Shown one piece after another: positions 1 to 13,454 of a stretch of 64,000 nt of DNA (its first letter is position 1; each line of letters opens with the position of its first letter). Position numbers and translations under genes: made by a program. The notes beneath the pieces were generated by a model, which ran no database searches, was not told the origin of the DNA, and saw nothing but the letters and a program-made list of their open reading frames with translations. Where the stretch lies: positions 23,250,001 through 23,314,000 of the forward strand of contig CM060731.1 of assembly GCA_030704615.1 (NCBI GenBank). The letters are read 5' to 3'. Origin of the DNA: Takakia lepidozioides (lineage: Eukaryota; Plantae; Bryophyta).

Positions 1-1552
1 ACCCTATACAAAAAAACAGGGACAAAAATTTAAAAAAATAGCCCAAATGGGGCGGGCCCTGGCCAGCTAGTGCCAAGAAAGCACATGGGGAACCCACCCT
101 TTTCGCCTGGGAACGGGGGAGCATGGCGCCCTAAATCCAAGGGCCGGTGCCCCATTGCACCAGGGGTCAGCACGATTTCGCACCTATTGCCACTGTCCGA
201 TCTCTATCCAGTAGTCATATTGCACATATGTATATGTAGCCATATTGCCATATTGCACCATTCGATCTCCATATTGCACAATATATTGCATACCCGTAGC
301 CAGGTGGATTCTAGATGGATATTGTAGTAGTCGCCACCTCTGCACTCAGTCCCAAAAATATATCACCATGTCCTCGCCTAGGCAGAAATGAAAAAAAAAG
401 GGCTAGCGAGAAGGGGAGCGGGACCAGAACGGGAGAGCGAGGACAAGAGACAGGGATAGGGGAGGGGAGTGGATACTGGGAACAGAGGAGCGAATCTAGG
501 ATCTTGGACTTCGAATTATTTTGGAGATGAAAAAGTACATTAATTAGTCGCATATGCAACCAATTACTCAATGTGCTATGATTGCCACATATTGAGCCTC
601 GGAACTCTAATGCATATCACCTAACCACCACGCTACCATCCGCTTCTTGTTAAACCTTTGATTTTTTAATGATTTATTCTACAATACTAGCTCGCAGATG
701 AGGGGGGAGAGGGTGGGGATTCAACAGCGTGCCCCCGCTGGAACATCGCCGGCCATCCTCGACGACCATTCCGGCAAGGCTCCCGAGTTTGCATTCAACT
801 CGTTGGGTAAGCGTAGTCTTCTCCATTAAGTTCCCTTCACATATATCTTCAATTTCATTTGGCCCTGCCAAACTTCAGAAAGTCGTGTTTAGCTCATAGG
901 AAAAATCACATAAACCTAATTATGCTTGGACAAACGTATGAATGTACTGTTTAAAAATTACCAAGTTTGAAAAAGCCCCCACTAAAACACTCTAAATTCC
1001 CAAATTCCACTGTGGATAGTCAGGAAACTTGGGGAGATGACGAAGGTGCCAGGTAGGCACCTTTGTCTCTGGATAAAAGGCGGTGGGTTGGCAGCGTCTA
1101 TTTTCTGTTCACGGGTGCAATTTTTTCGTTTGTCTTTTCGTATCTTGTAGGCAATTAAGGGTTAAAGTAGTAATTTTTTCTCCTTCTTGATAAAAGACTG
1201 AGTGTGGTACACTACTTAAGGTCATTGCATGTTAACAAGTTGCAAAAAGGTATCCATGTATGGAGCGGCTAAATGTCAAGAACTTTCTAAGCCCTGAATG
1301 TTCAAAGAGGGTATGGAAAATTCATGGGGGGTATCAAGAGGCAGGCAAAAAAAAGGGATCACCTTGTAAAGATGGGAAGATGATGTGAGAGAACTTGAGA
1401 TGGCACTCTAAAAGAGGGAGAGAAGATACCCAAAACAAAAATGGGAAAGTCACAAGATCAAAAGAATGGAGGTGGACAAAGCTCGCCATTGTGGATCCCC
1501 GGCAAGTCCTTGAAACATTGGGGATTTTGACTTGTAGTTGTTTCCTCAATTG

Positions 1553-2131
1553 GGGGTTGGGTAGCATGTGAGCAGGCTCACGCCAGCGGGCATGAGCACA
1601 AAGAAATATTCCGTATACTCTAGAAGATTCTTGAGAATATGCTATTGCAAAACCCATACGTGCTCACGCGGCAAGAAACACAAAACTATCTGAAAACTGT
1701 GCTCACGCGAAAAAAATCATGAAATTAATCGTCCAAAGCTTAACTCGCGTGAGCACAATGACCCACAAATATATCTGCCATAACTCAAAGATCAGCGCAT
1801 GTAAACAATGTGGCATTTGGTAACATTGTGTTTAGAACATCCACAATAACCCGCCAACGAAATGTAAATGGTTTTATCAGTGAAATTAGGGTTTCGCCAG
1901 CGAAACTTGGCTAGAGGTTCGACCTATCTGACAGGTGGATGTGGATTCTGATCTTCAGGTTTAAGTTATATTCAGATTCGATGTATCGCCTAGTGCAGTA
2001 AAGTCCCTATGCCCACCTCTTATTTGTATTTCTGCTGATGTACATATTACCCCCATAACCGTGGATTCTGCTCTAGTGGCGAATTTTTTTGTGCTCGCGC
2101 CGTTTCTCTTAACTCTATGCTCACCAACCCC
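1553..2131. mobile_element. Mutator-type MITE (non-autonomous), copy 1
   Basis: Terminal inverted repeats GGGGTTGGGTAGCAT / ATGCTCACCAACCCC (2 mismatches). 9-bp TSD cctcaattg (1544-1552) / catcaattg (2132-2140). Internal GTGCTCACGCG/GTGAGCAC and GCGAAACT motifs are shared with 58533-59225. Confidence 0.7.
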
Positions 2132-4631
2132 CATCAATTGGAGACTGATCTGAATTGAAGAAGAGGGGATCTCTAATATGAGGGGCAAGTCAAATTTCAG
2201 AGCAAGAGAGTATGTTGATAGGTCATGTTGCGGCTTAGAGTATTCTTTGTCTTACCTTTCCCATTTCCAACTATTATCACTCTTCTGGCATGAGTTTGTA
2301 GTATGATATGCTACACTAGCGTTGCTAGACAACTATATGTGTTCTAGCACAATGCTTAGGTGCACAATAGATCCTTTCATCTTGAATTTTGTAATAGATT
2401 GGGTTGGCTTCCAAAGGGCCAATCTCATAACATGCGAGGTCATTCACTTCGCCTTACCAACATCAGCTTGGCCGCCTCTGCTTCTCTATCATGCCCTATC
2501 TAAGTCGTGTATTTGGTATGGATGGATTGCTTCAGGAACTCGGTGCAACACATTCTCAGATATTTGGTTTATGATTTATTAGTTAGAGTTCATTGTTGTT
2601 TCTAAAAGCAAGCTTTCAATCTCCCTTAGGCTTGATCTTCAAGCCTCATCTTGATTAATATTTTCAAATATGGTATCAATAAGAGCATCTTCCCTTCGTG
2701 GCGGATACTGTCTCATTTCAGAGGTGAGCTATATATATATATATATAAGAAAGTGGGAGTTTGCCTACAAAGCGACAGCTTGTTCGCTTGTTGTCTTGCG
2801 TTTGTCAAGGATGACTGTGGTGAGGGATCTAATGGCGGTTAGCTAGAGGGCACGCAGAAGTAGGATGTGGTTGATGTGTAGGTTAGGCCAAGGTTTTGTT
2901 GGCCCTCTTCTAGAGAGAGGCTACGAATGAGGGAGCATGACTTAGCACAACATACCAATCGGTGCCTTATATGGTGCAAGTTCTTTTGACCTCCTCTTAT
3001 GTTTTGCCAAAGCAAGTGAGCCCATTGCTGTCTGAGGCTTATTTCCAAAGTCCAGCAAGTAGTTTGGCAATGCACCTCACCACAGACGCTTGTTCTAATG
3101 ATAGTGAGGGGGTTGGTTTGTCAGCCAGGTTGTCTAAGGTCCAAGATAATTGTGGCATATTGGCTCTCTTGTAGAGAGAGACTTTGCGGAGACATGCAAA
3201 TCAATGGAGAAAATGTGGTCAAAGTACCTTACACCGTGTCAAGGCGCTGATTGGTGTGTTGTGCTGAGTCATGCTCCGTAGTCTTACCTTCCTCTTATGT
3301 TGTGCCAAAGCAAAGCAAGAGAGCCAATTGCCGTTTCAGGCTTGTTATGAATAGCTTGATCTGAGTAGTGGTCTCCTCCCTTCTAATATGATTTGGAAGA
3401 TATAATTAGGCGTGATGTCATGGTCCTGCTAATGCATCCAAACACTTGGCCCTCAAATCCAGTTGTTTATTTTTGTCTCGCCCTATGGTGTGGACAACCT
3501 TGTAACAGCCCTGCAAGGTTATTTTTTCCTTGCTTTTAATCCTTAAAGGTCCAAGCATTTTTAGCAATACTGCAAAAAATGGAACCTCAAGGTAAAGATT
3601 CATATTTCCAAAACTTTTGATCCATGAAAAATGACCATATAGAATAGGAGAAATCCTGGTAATTTACCACCTCAAACAGTAGGTAAAGTAAAGTAAAGTA
3701 GAGTTTTTTTTACCGTCTAGTGCATTTCCAGAGCACAGTGAACAATATAAGTTAACAATTTAGTAGAGGACAAGAAAGGTTCTTGGCAGTTTTGTGGGGA
3801 CAAATTTTTTGTTGAATGTCAAAACGAGTGTTGGCAGGGTATGACAATGAAGGGTCCGGGTAAGGCATCTTTGTTTAAATCGGTATGGAGGCGGTTATAT
3901 ATAATGTAGGGTTTGGAAATTGTGGCGGATAGAGGTTATCAATAGAAGTGTCCCCAAAAAAAAGTTCTGAGGTTATCAATATGCCATTATTCAAGTGGAA
4001 CACCACAAGGTCCCAATACAACGGTTATCAATATAGCCTGATTTTCGGTTATGATACATTAAGATTTAAGAGGACCACAAAGAAAAAAACAAAACAAAAA
4101 GGAAACAAAATGAAATGTGAAGATTCACAATTAAGAGACCAGAATTGGTTCAGAAAAGGGAAAAAAAAAAAAAAAAAAAGAGATAGGAGTCCTACAACTC
4201 CATATGTGGGTTTTTCTTCCAAAAGCCTTTGACTAACAGTCCTCTTAAATGCGGACCCCATGTGGCTACATAATTACTACCCATGAATGCAGCCAGGTTC
4301 TAATAAAATCTCAAGGTATTGTTCAAAAGTTACTACCCGGTTTCCATGTAATAAGCCAAGTTGGCCCCGCCTGTTCTAGCTTGGGCCTGGTAAGTGGCGG
4401 TTCTAACTCAAGCCGGGTCCACCAAAAATTTGGGTGGCCGGGTCTCAATAGTATGATACCCTGATTATTACCCGGCCCAACACTGGTCAAAACCACAAGG
4501 GTGTTTCCAAACCTATTTTGGGTGCAACAATAGATAACCCACCTTCCCACCAAGTTTCAGAAAATTTGGGGTGTGTTTGTTTGCTTGTGCTCCTTTGTAA
4601 GTTAGTGGCCTTTGTGGGGGGTATGGAAGGT

Positions 4632-5009
4632 TAGTCAAGACTAGACATCAACACATTTCGCTTGTTATATTGCAACGAGGAACCCATTGAATTTGGAAAT
4701 TCGCGACGGCAAGACTTGATAGGTGATAATATGATTTCAGGACTCTCTTGCATGAAATCAGTTGGGTTTTATTGATGAGATTTCCCCACCCAGGATTGTT
4801 CATTCAACCACAAGACTAGAGTCAGACTAGTCAAGACTAGACATCAACACATTTCGCTTGTTATATTGCAACGAGGAACCCATTGAATTTGGAAATTCGC
4901 GACGGCAAGACTTGATAGGTGATAATATGATTTCAGGACTCTCTTGCATGAAATCAGTTGGGTTTTATTGATGAGATTTCCCCACCCAGGATTGTTCATT
5001 CAACCACAA
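4632..5009. repeat. 182-bp direct tandem duplication with 14-bp filler
   Basis: 4632-4813 and 4828-5009 read identical by eye (tagtcaagactagacatc...cattcaaccacaa), joined by gactagagtcagac. Confidence 0.9.
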
Positions 5010-5568
5010 ATGCTTCCTCCTAAGAGAGGGACCCTCCTAAGGGGGAGTCAGGGAGTCATTATAGGCTATAGCTATGTTGGTATATTTGGTTAATCCACCT
5101 GTTATTGTATTTGGTGAGAAGTTACTAGGTGGTGACTGAGCCCTTTGACTACTTTTTGAATGAAACAGTTGATTGGATGGTCGGGCCCAACCAGAAGCGT
5201 GTGGGTCCTGCTTGATTCCAGAGCAAGGGTGTTGACTGCCGACGCGCTACACTTATTGTGACATAGATCCTCATCTGTATCTCTGTGGCAGCCATGCTCT
5301 ATCTGAAGATCAAGCTCTGCTTGTCTAGCTGCCCAGGACAAGTTAGCTGAGGGGTGAAAGAGAGGCAGGAAAAGATGCGGAGAAAGTAGTTGGCAAGATT
5401 TTGTCTTGAGCTACAGCGTGAGATGGAGAGAACGGTTGTAGAGAGGGAAACAGTGAATGAAGGAATAGAGGGACTAGGAGATGGGTTTGGACTTTCTTCT
5501 GTGTGTAGAAGGGTTGAAGAAAGATACATTCTGAGCGGGAGCGATTGTGCAGCTCACAGAACCTAGGG

Positions 5569-8252
5569 ATGGGCGGCAAAGCTCCTGGCGTGTTCGTTGG
5601 TGGTTGTGCTCTTGCTGATGTTACATCGCTTATTCTGCTACTCTTTTCTGTTCCCACTGCAGTGCATGGACTTATTCGAGATCTGAACTTCACAGTTAAT
5701 ACTGCCACGGATTCAATCTGGCCTAATTCGTATGCAATTTTTCTGGCAAATGATGGCAATGGGTTCTATGGGCTTGCACTATATAGCGCCAGTAGCGTGC
5801 CGGATGAGATTGCATATCAGCTCGTGGTTTCTTACATACCGTCAAGTGAAGCTCAAGTAGTTTGGCGTTCCCGAAACGCTCCAGTGAGAGGGAATGTTCT
5901 CGCTGAGACCCGACGGAAATTTCGTTCTAGCAGAAGAGGCGTCGGGCAGGGAGTTGTGGGCTACCAACACTTCAGGGATGGGAGTGGTGGGTATGGAGGT
6001 TCAGGACAATGGGAATTTTGTGCTGCTGAATAAGAGCAATGGCACCGTGTGGCAGAGTTTCGATCACCCATCTGAGACTCTTTTGCAAGGACAGAAGTTA
6101 AAACCAGGTACTTCCCGTTTGCTACATATTGCGTGCAACATCATTCCAGCTTAGATCTTGTACCGGAAGAGAGTTGTAGGGCACACAGACCATTTTTCTT
6201 CTGTAGTGACTTGATGAGAGAGTCCCACTCGTAGGTATGAAGGTGGTTGGCCCTATTTCGAGCACCAACTCTTCTGCAGGCATCTACTCGCTGGTTTTTG
6301 AGCAGTACATCGGTCTTCGCCTCTACGCCGATTTCGATGGGCAAATGATGCCCTACTGGAGCTTGGAGCCCTTCTCATCCACGTCGACGTCCCTTATAGC
6401 GTATGTAGAAGAGACTGGCGGTGGCCTGGCGCTCTATAGCGATGCAGGGACCATCCTGGGAAGTACTCAGTTAGCAAGCTCTGGTCTCAACGTAAGCACT
6501 TCTTTCGTAAATGTGAGTTCCGATGGAAATTTGGTTGCTTGGGTTGTCTTCTCCACAAGCGAGATCCAGTTGCAGAAGGAGTTTCAAGCTCTCACTACTT
6601 TGTGCGACTATCCCAACGGATGTGGCCCCTACGGCCTCTGCGGGGGGGATCCCAACAAGTGCACTTGTCCTTCGCCACTGCAGCAGCTGAATGCCTCGGA
6701 CCCCACGCAAGGGTGCTTGGAACCTTCGCGGTTGTGCAATACCAACGTGACAGACCAACGGTTTTTGAATCTGACCGGGGTCGATTACATATCCAACAAT
6801 TTTTATGTCAATTCCAACTTCAACACTCCAGCGAATACGACCCTGGAAGAATGTGCAAGCCTGTGCTGGAACAACTGCTCCTGTGCGGGTGCTTTCTACT
6901 ACAACGACAGTTCCTTCTCTTGCTACCTAGTTGCGGGGCTTAGAACCATGACTGAAACTGCAGATAAAACAAGATTGGCATTCATCAAAGTTCCGAAAAA
7001 TCTGACCACTCTGACCTCACAACCATTACTGGCGCCCCAGGAGGGCTACCAAATCCACCGCACGGGCTCCAAGACTGTAGCAATTGCTGTAGGGACTGTG
7101 GCAAGCGTTGTAGTGTTGGTTCTGTGCCTATCGGTAGGATTTAGTCTCCGAGTGCAGAGACGGAGAGCTGAAACAGCTGAGGACGAGCGTTTCCTAGACA
7201 CACTGCCAGGCTTGCCCCCAAGGTTTTCCTATAAAGACTTGCATGTTGCAACGAGAGGTTTCAGTCAGAAGCTAGGAAAGGGGGGATTTGGAACCGTCTA
7301 TGAAGGCCTTCTACCAGACGATAGCAGAGTCGCAGTGAAGAAGTTGGAGAGCGCTGGCCAAGGGAAGAAAGAGTTTCGTGCCGAGGTGGCAACCATCGGC
7401 AGCATCCGGCATCTCCATCTGGTCCGCCTCCGTGGCTTTTGCATGGAAGGACCACACCGCCTGTTGGTCTATGAGCTGATGGTCAATGGATCGCTTGAGA
7501 GGTTCCTTGGTAACCGGAGTCACGATGCACTTGGACAGGATGGCCAGATGGCCTCAGTACTAGACTGGAATAGGCGCTATGAAATTGCTCTGGGCACGGC
7601 ACGAGGCCTTGCATATCTGCATGAGGATTGCCCTGATCGAATCATTCACTTGGATATCAAACCTGAAAATATACTGCTGGACCTTAACTTTGTAGCAAAG
7701 GTAGCAGACTTTGGTTTGTCTAAGCTGATGGACAGGGACGAAAGTTATGCAGTCACAACCATGCGAGGCACACGGGGCTACATGGCACCAGAGTGGTTGC
7801 AGAATTCGCCCATCACAGAGAAGAGCGATGTATACAGCTTTGGCATGGTGCTGTTGGAGCTGGTGGCAGGCCGGAAGACCCTTGGGTCGGGCATGAGTGA
7901 CCCCGAGAGAATGTACCTTCCTTCTTGGGCGATGTCTCTGGCCGAAAATGGCAGATTGTTACAGATTGTTGATGATAGACTCAATGGGGAATTCAATCAG
8001 GAGGAGGCAAAACTGTGCATTTGGATAGCTCGCTGGTGCATCCAAGAGGATCCGTCCCTGAGGCCTGCCATGGGAATTGTAGTTAAAATGCTTGAGGGGC
8101 TCTTGGATGTCCAACCTCCACCTCTCAGCTCACACCCTCATTACAGTGTTACAAGTAGCAACCCTGACCCAGCTTCAGTAAGTGATTCCACAACCAGTAG
8201 TAACAGCACCTTGTCGAAGTCATTGCTTCAATCCTACATTGTGGGAAGGTGA
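5569..8252 (+). CDS. G-type (bulb) lectin S-domain receptor-like Ser/Thr kinase (SD2-like); frameshift near 5895
   Basis: Hydrophobic N-terminus; B-lectin motifs (QVVW, LRPDGNFVL, LWATNT, DNGNFVL, WQSFDHP); GT-AG intron 6108-6234; EGF-like (CDYPNGCGPYGLC) and PAN (CASLCWNNCSC) domains; TM helix; kinase motifs LGKGGFG, VAVKKL, HLDIKPEN, DFG, GTRGYMAPEW. Exon 1 changes frame at ~5893-5896. Confidence 0.9.
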
Positions 8253-8830
8253 CATGACTCTAGGAGGACTGTCTTCAAAGAGATAGTCACAACACCACAC
8301 TTTAGACAAGTTGGGTACATTAACATAGACCCAGTAGCTAGATGATCTCCTTCGAGCAAATTCACACTCGGGGCTGGTCAAGAGATTCATTTGGCCATCG
8401 TGATACACACTGGCTGTGGCCAAAACTGAAATTATTATCCTCATCAGTGGCCAACCACATAAAGACCTATGGGCCAGTTCTTAGGGTGGTCCCAATGTCT
8501 GGACAGCAGCCAAAAGCAAAATATATGAAATTTATGAACCAAGAAGTTGGCTCTTATATTTGTCATTCACCCACAATGCGAGGTAGATGTTGTAGATCAT
8601 GGCAGAGCTGGACACAATCATTGGGTGCATGCATGAATGTGTGTGCATGGTACTACTGTGCATTAGCATTAATTTGCTTCTACCTCTAAGTCATGATTGA
8701 CAGGGTCTAGAATGGAAGGCCCTGCAGGTTTTCTTCATGCTGAAGTTGACGTGGTCGCGTGAGCTGAGGTCACTGATGAGCTAAATAAAGCGCCTAACCC
8801 ACACACTGTTACCGATAGATAGCCACAAAC

Positions 8831-11800
8831 TCATTGGCTCACCAATGGTACAGACTGCAGGTCTTCTGGGCTCCAGGGATACTGCTCTTCCAAATCTGAT
8901 TCAGCGGCCACCGGTTTCTTAGAATGAGCTGGTCGCATCCTCCAGGATGGTAACCTCCTCAAGCTTGCAGAATTCAACTCTCGCATATCAGGAGCAGAAA
9001 AGACCACTTGGCTGCCAATGACAAGGATATCACCGCGCCCATGCCATACTCCATTGTGCACGTTGTTGGATTTCAACGTCCTTGCTTCCTAAAATTCAAC
9101 GCATTGGTTGAATAATGTCATAAATTCATTAAAGAAACAAGAATGTCATGAAATCCATAATGGTTTGAATTCCAAAACACTACACTCTCCTCTACACACC
9201 ATTGAATGTAGATGCTCGTTTAGATATTTTCAAGAACTTCCGGAGATGTTCAGAATAATCTCTCTCTCAACCACCAAAATGGACAAATTGGTAACAGCAA
9301 GAACTCTTTTATATACACAAGCTGTAAAAACTGTTTCATCAGGAATTGGATTAGACAAGAGACCAGAACATATGACCACCCATTTTCAAGTTTCTCAAAT
9401 AGAGAAAGAAAGAGAAAGGCACTAGAGCAGAGAACCTGACATAGGGAGCAGAAGCCACACATGAGGTGATACAAATGGTCATCTATTGTGCTCACGACAT
9501 CACCACCTTCACTGCCCTGCATGTCCCAAAGAGGTACACCCATCACCAGTGGTACTTGAAGCTTTACCTCAGGTTTGCCAGTCCAACTTACAGAACAAGA
9601 CCAAAAGCTGTATTTCGGAAGGGTGGAAGAACAAATAATGAACAGCCCATTGCCCCAATTAGCTCAGTATTGGAACAAGCGAAAATGAAAATAACACATT
9701 GCACTGAGCCTCTCAAATCCACATTTCCACTAGAGGCCAAGAGGGGTGCGGAATCATTGCTGTGCTACAACAGAAGAGGTCAGAAAGGTGAAGTGTCTAG
9801 GGAGAGGAGAATCATCTAAAACTTACAATTATGTTGAATCTTCTTCGCAGGCGTGCACGGTAATGGCCAGCATATATAGCCATTAAAAGCAGCAGACTTA
9901 GAGTTCCATAGATGAACCATGGTGTACCTGTGCAAGCAAACGCAATGTAAAAAGACAGGGCTCCAACAGAAAGCAACAGATACACTCCACCCTGCACACA
10001 AACCGAATCTTATCTCAGTAAGATGAATGCTATCAAGACCATCAAATGCATCTGACACACCTTCATTTAAGCAGAAATTTGACATACATGGGTGCCATTC
10101 AATAAATATAAGACATTCAAGAGGGGGTAGAGCCATCTTCCAATTGTTTTTTTAGAGCCCCTCTATGCTTTAGCAATCAAAATATGGTCTCTCTGGTCTT
10201 GAGGGCAGCCATAAACAGCTGCTCCAAATCCAGCAATGTCCGAAGCAAACATTTCCAGCATTCCACTTTCACAAATATACGATAATTTTCCAATTTCAAT
10301 TGTGAAATTGGATCACCTCTCAAAGATGAGTCTGGAGGGTAGTCACACCTGTAAATTTCACCTGTGTGGATGGAAAACCATGCTAAGTTGTGGGCAATTT
10401 TGAGACATATGGCAAAAACACTGGGGACTTTAGGAATTGGTGGAAGGCAATCGGGGGTTAATACATTGTCAATGCCAACTTCAGAGGGTGGGCTGTGTGG
10501 AGTGACCATCACAATTCTGCATGCATAAACCCTGAATAATGCTGAACTGACTCTCCAGATACAACACTCCGCTGTCTACATCACACATATTTCATAAGAC
10601 CATGCATTTGATGGTCAGGGATGGGAAAAGAAACCTACTTGCCCCCAGCTTGTGCCAAATCCAGCTCTCTCCATGTTCTTCCCAAACGTGGCCCATGGGC
10701 AGCTGCATCACCATTCAAATGAGGAACCTTTACAAGCAGCACTGTAAAAAGCAAAAGCAGTGATCTCGCTGTTTCATAATACGCACCAACAAACAACTGG
10801 GTAACCTTGAAGTTTGGCAAAACCAACGTTCTTTGGGTCCACGGATGTAATTCTTCCTTTCTTCACAGAGGTCTTCCATTGCGAGGATCAGAAATGCTTA
10901 GGATATCTGCATGAGGCATTGACTCTCAGACAGTCCCTCGGGCAATAGTTGTTTTGCGGCTGCTTGTGAGGGCATTCTTGTTTCATGCTTTCTCTTGTAG
11001 CTCATTTGAGCTTTAGACGGACGCCATACAGTATCATTTCATTTCTTTCTTGCTAACTCTACACTGGAAGTTGCACACACAGGAAGTTCAGATTCTAACA
11101 ATTCTCATACAATCCATGATTCGAGAATTCAAACAAGTCCTTGACTGTTGTTGGGCGGTGTGATCATTACCAAGCAGTTTGAACGGCAACATCTGGGTGG
11201 TCGCCAATCTGAAACAAGCCCCCTTCCCAAAGCCTTTTCGGACCGTCCTCGCCGCCAGATGGTGTTGTTACAGTAACGGAAAGGGGCAAGTGAAAATATC
11301 CGCCATCCAGTGACGCACGGGAAGTCCCTTCACTGTTGCACACACCTTGCGATTCTGAAGGACTAGTGATCGGTTCGTCGGCGAGGGAAGCCTCCAAATG
11401 AGTAATTACGAGTTTTCTCACATCAGGAGGACCTTCGGACTCTTGTGCAGAGTAACTGGTGTCCAATGATGCATCATAACCATCACTGCCGGGGATCCGA
11501 CCAATAGTCTCCCGGTCTCGCTCCATGAGAGAATCAGTATGGGATACTGGATGGTCGCGACCAGGTTCCATTTGGTCCATTGACTGCGGGCCTGAAAGAA
11601 ACTCTACGGGAAGCTGATTGTCACTGATATTTGAGCAAGTTGGAGAAAAAGCCTCGGGAACGTCGAAGAAAGTCTCGGTTGTCACAACCATCTCCGTGGG
11701 GTCTATCGACCGGTACTCGGGGAAAAAACCTACTGACGGAGGGAAATGGTTCGCTCTCCAATGCGGTTGCCATGGTTCTACCAAGGAGAGCGTCAGGGAC

Positions 11801-11850
11801 CCGCTATTACCACGAGCTACAGCAAGTGGGTCCTTAATCGAGCTGCCCAT
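8831..11850 (-). CDS. PLAC8 (cell number regulator/PCR-like) family protein, 5 exons, ~415 aa
   Basis: Exons 11850-11171, 10702-10639, 9991-9827, 9516-9436, 9088-8831 all have GT-AG borders and join in frame (1248 nt). Motifs: WEGGLF...TACCPWATFGKNMER, TM segment, YRARLRRRFNI, HLMCGFCSLCQEART. The start codon is a best guess. Confidence 0.85.
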
Positions 11851-13454
11851 GCTTACGGAAGGGGAAAGCTGAAAGATGTTGTTTGATATTACCACATCCC
11901 TTTGTGTCTCTCCATAATCTGACTGCTACGCGGATTTCAGACAATGACGACCGACTTCAGATGCAGTACGGGCAAAGGGTTGCCCATCGTTCTTGTTCAG
12001 TCATGCCAACAGCTTCCGCTCTCTGTACTCATTTCCATGTCTTTATGCCCCTCCCCTTCTGTCTCTGTGCACCCGGTGTCTCTCAGACGCAGCCAACCCA
12101 GTGCACGAGAAAGATGGACACACTCAAGCGTCGTGTGCGATTCGGTAGGACAAGAAAGGATCGAAGCACATAAAGTTGCAAAGGCAACAAGAAACGGGTT
12201 CTTGTATGCAAAACAGAGACAGTTCTATGCTGCTCCCCCACAATGCAGTGCATCCATGTATGCTCGAGTGTGAGAGAAACACAAGGAGACAAATACCCAA
12301 CACCCACTCACCAGTCTGCCATGCGCACATGGGAAGTGTCTCACTATTCGTCCATGTAAATTTCTCCACCAATGGCTACCATGGCGACATTGGAGCGTTG
12401 GGTACCCATTTGGGCTGTAGCTCGACAGGCTCATTCTTCTTCATCAATCATGCAAGCTGTATAGAAAGTAGGAGGAGCTCGGAATCCAGCATCAGATGGC
12501 AACACAGTGAAGGTGGTGTAGGTGGGGCCAAGCTGGCACAACCTATGCAGCGATCTGGGGCAAAAGCTCGCATCTTCTGTCCAATTATATTATATTCCTG
12601 TTGCTATCATATTCGCCTACGAACCACATCGCCTTGCAAAACATAGCTGCTCCTGTGTTATAATTGCCTCTTCGTGGCTTCTTTTTGAAGAATCCCATCT
12701 AAACATATCCAGGATTGATGACGACGACGATGAAGTCCAAGATCCCATCATACTAGATGAAGATGAAATTCTAGAAAATTGCTAATCCAGTTGCCATTAT
12801 GAGCAGCCTCATAGAAAGCTCCCATCATGCTGCCCGCTGAGAGAGCAGCTGTCACCAGGCAAGACTGTGTGGGGCCAATATGATGGGATACAGACATGAA
12901 TGACCGGAATATACTAGAGCTGCTTAGCTTACCGGGCTGGCCTAAAGAATATATGATCAGACTTAGCTGTGTTTTTGGTGCCTGAACACTGGGTCAATGT
13001 GGAAGGGCTGCACTAGTAAGGATTTCGAACTCTGAGTTCTCCCTTCAAGTTGCTGGTATGGCGCATCATGTTTCCATAAACATGATGTAATCGTACTCTG
13101 TAGAACAAGCAAAAATTGCATAGACTCCATATCAAGTTCTCTGCAAAAAGCTTTGGGAAAAAATAGGTTCTTGATAGTATTTGAGATGTACACTATGTCT
13201 AGGTAGCAGGCTGCCCAATTTCAATAGACCCATAGCAAGATTTCAAAATATGGCACAAGATAGAAGCCTGCTTCTCATAGTGGCAGATGTGAGTGATGGA
13301 TGGATGGAGCTGAAAATGAGTTTTTTGGAATGTGCGATAACATAGTTAATTGAGCACTATATTACTAGATGTGAAAGTTGTAGTCATCCACAACCTACTA
13401 GTGTTTACAGAGGCTTTACTACACTTTTAAGGAAATAAATAGAAAGGAAAATAC

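Noticed and set aside
3891-4057. Five GGTTAT(CAAT) motifs; similarly ATATTGC repeats at ~217-292
   Set aside because: They look like TE subterminal repeats, but no TIR or TSD could be assigned.
70-5529. Numerous short ORFs in the ORF track (here and throughout the window)
   Set aside because: No recognisable motifs; most are antisense or alternative frames of real genes/TEs, or low-complexity artefacts.
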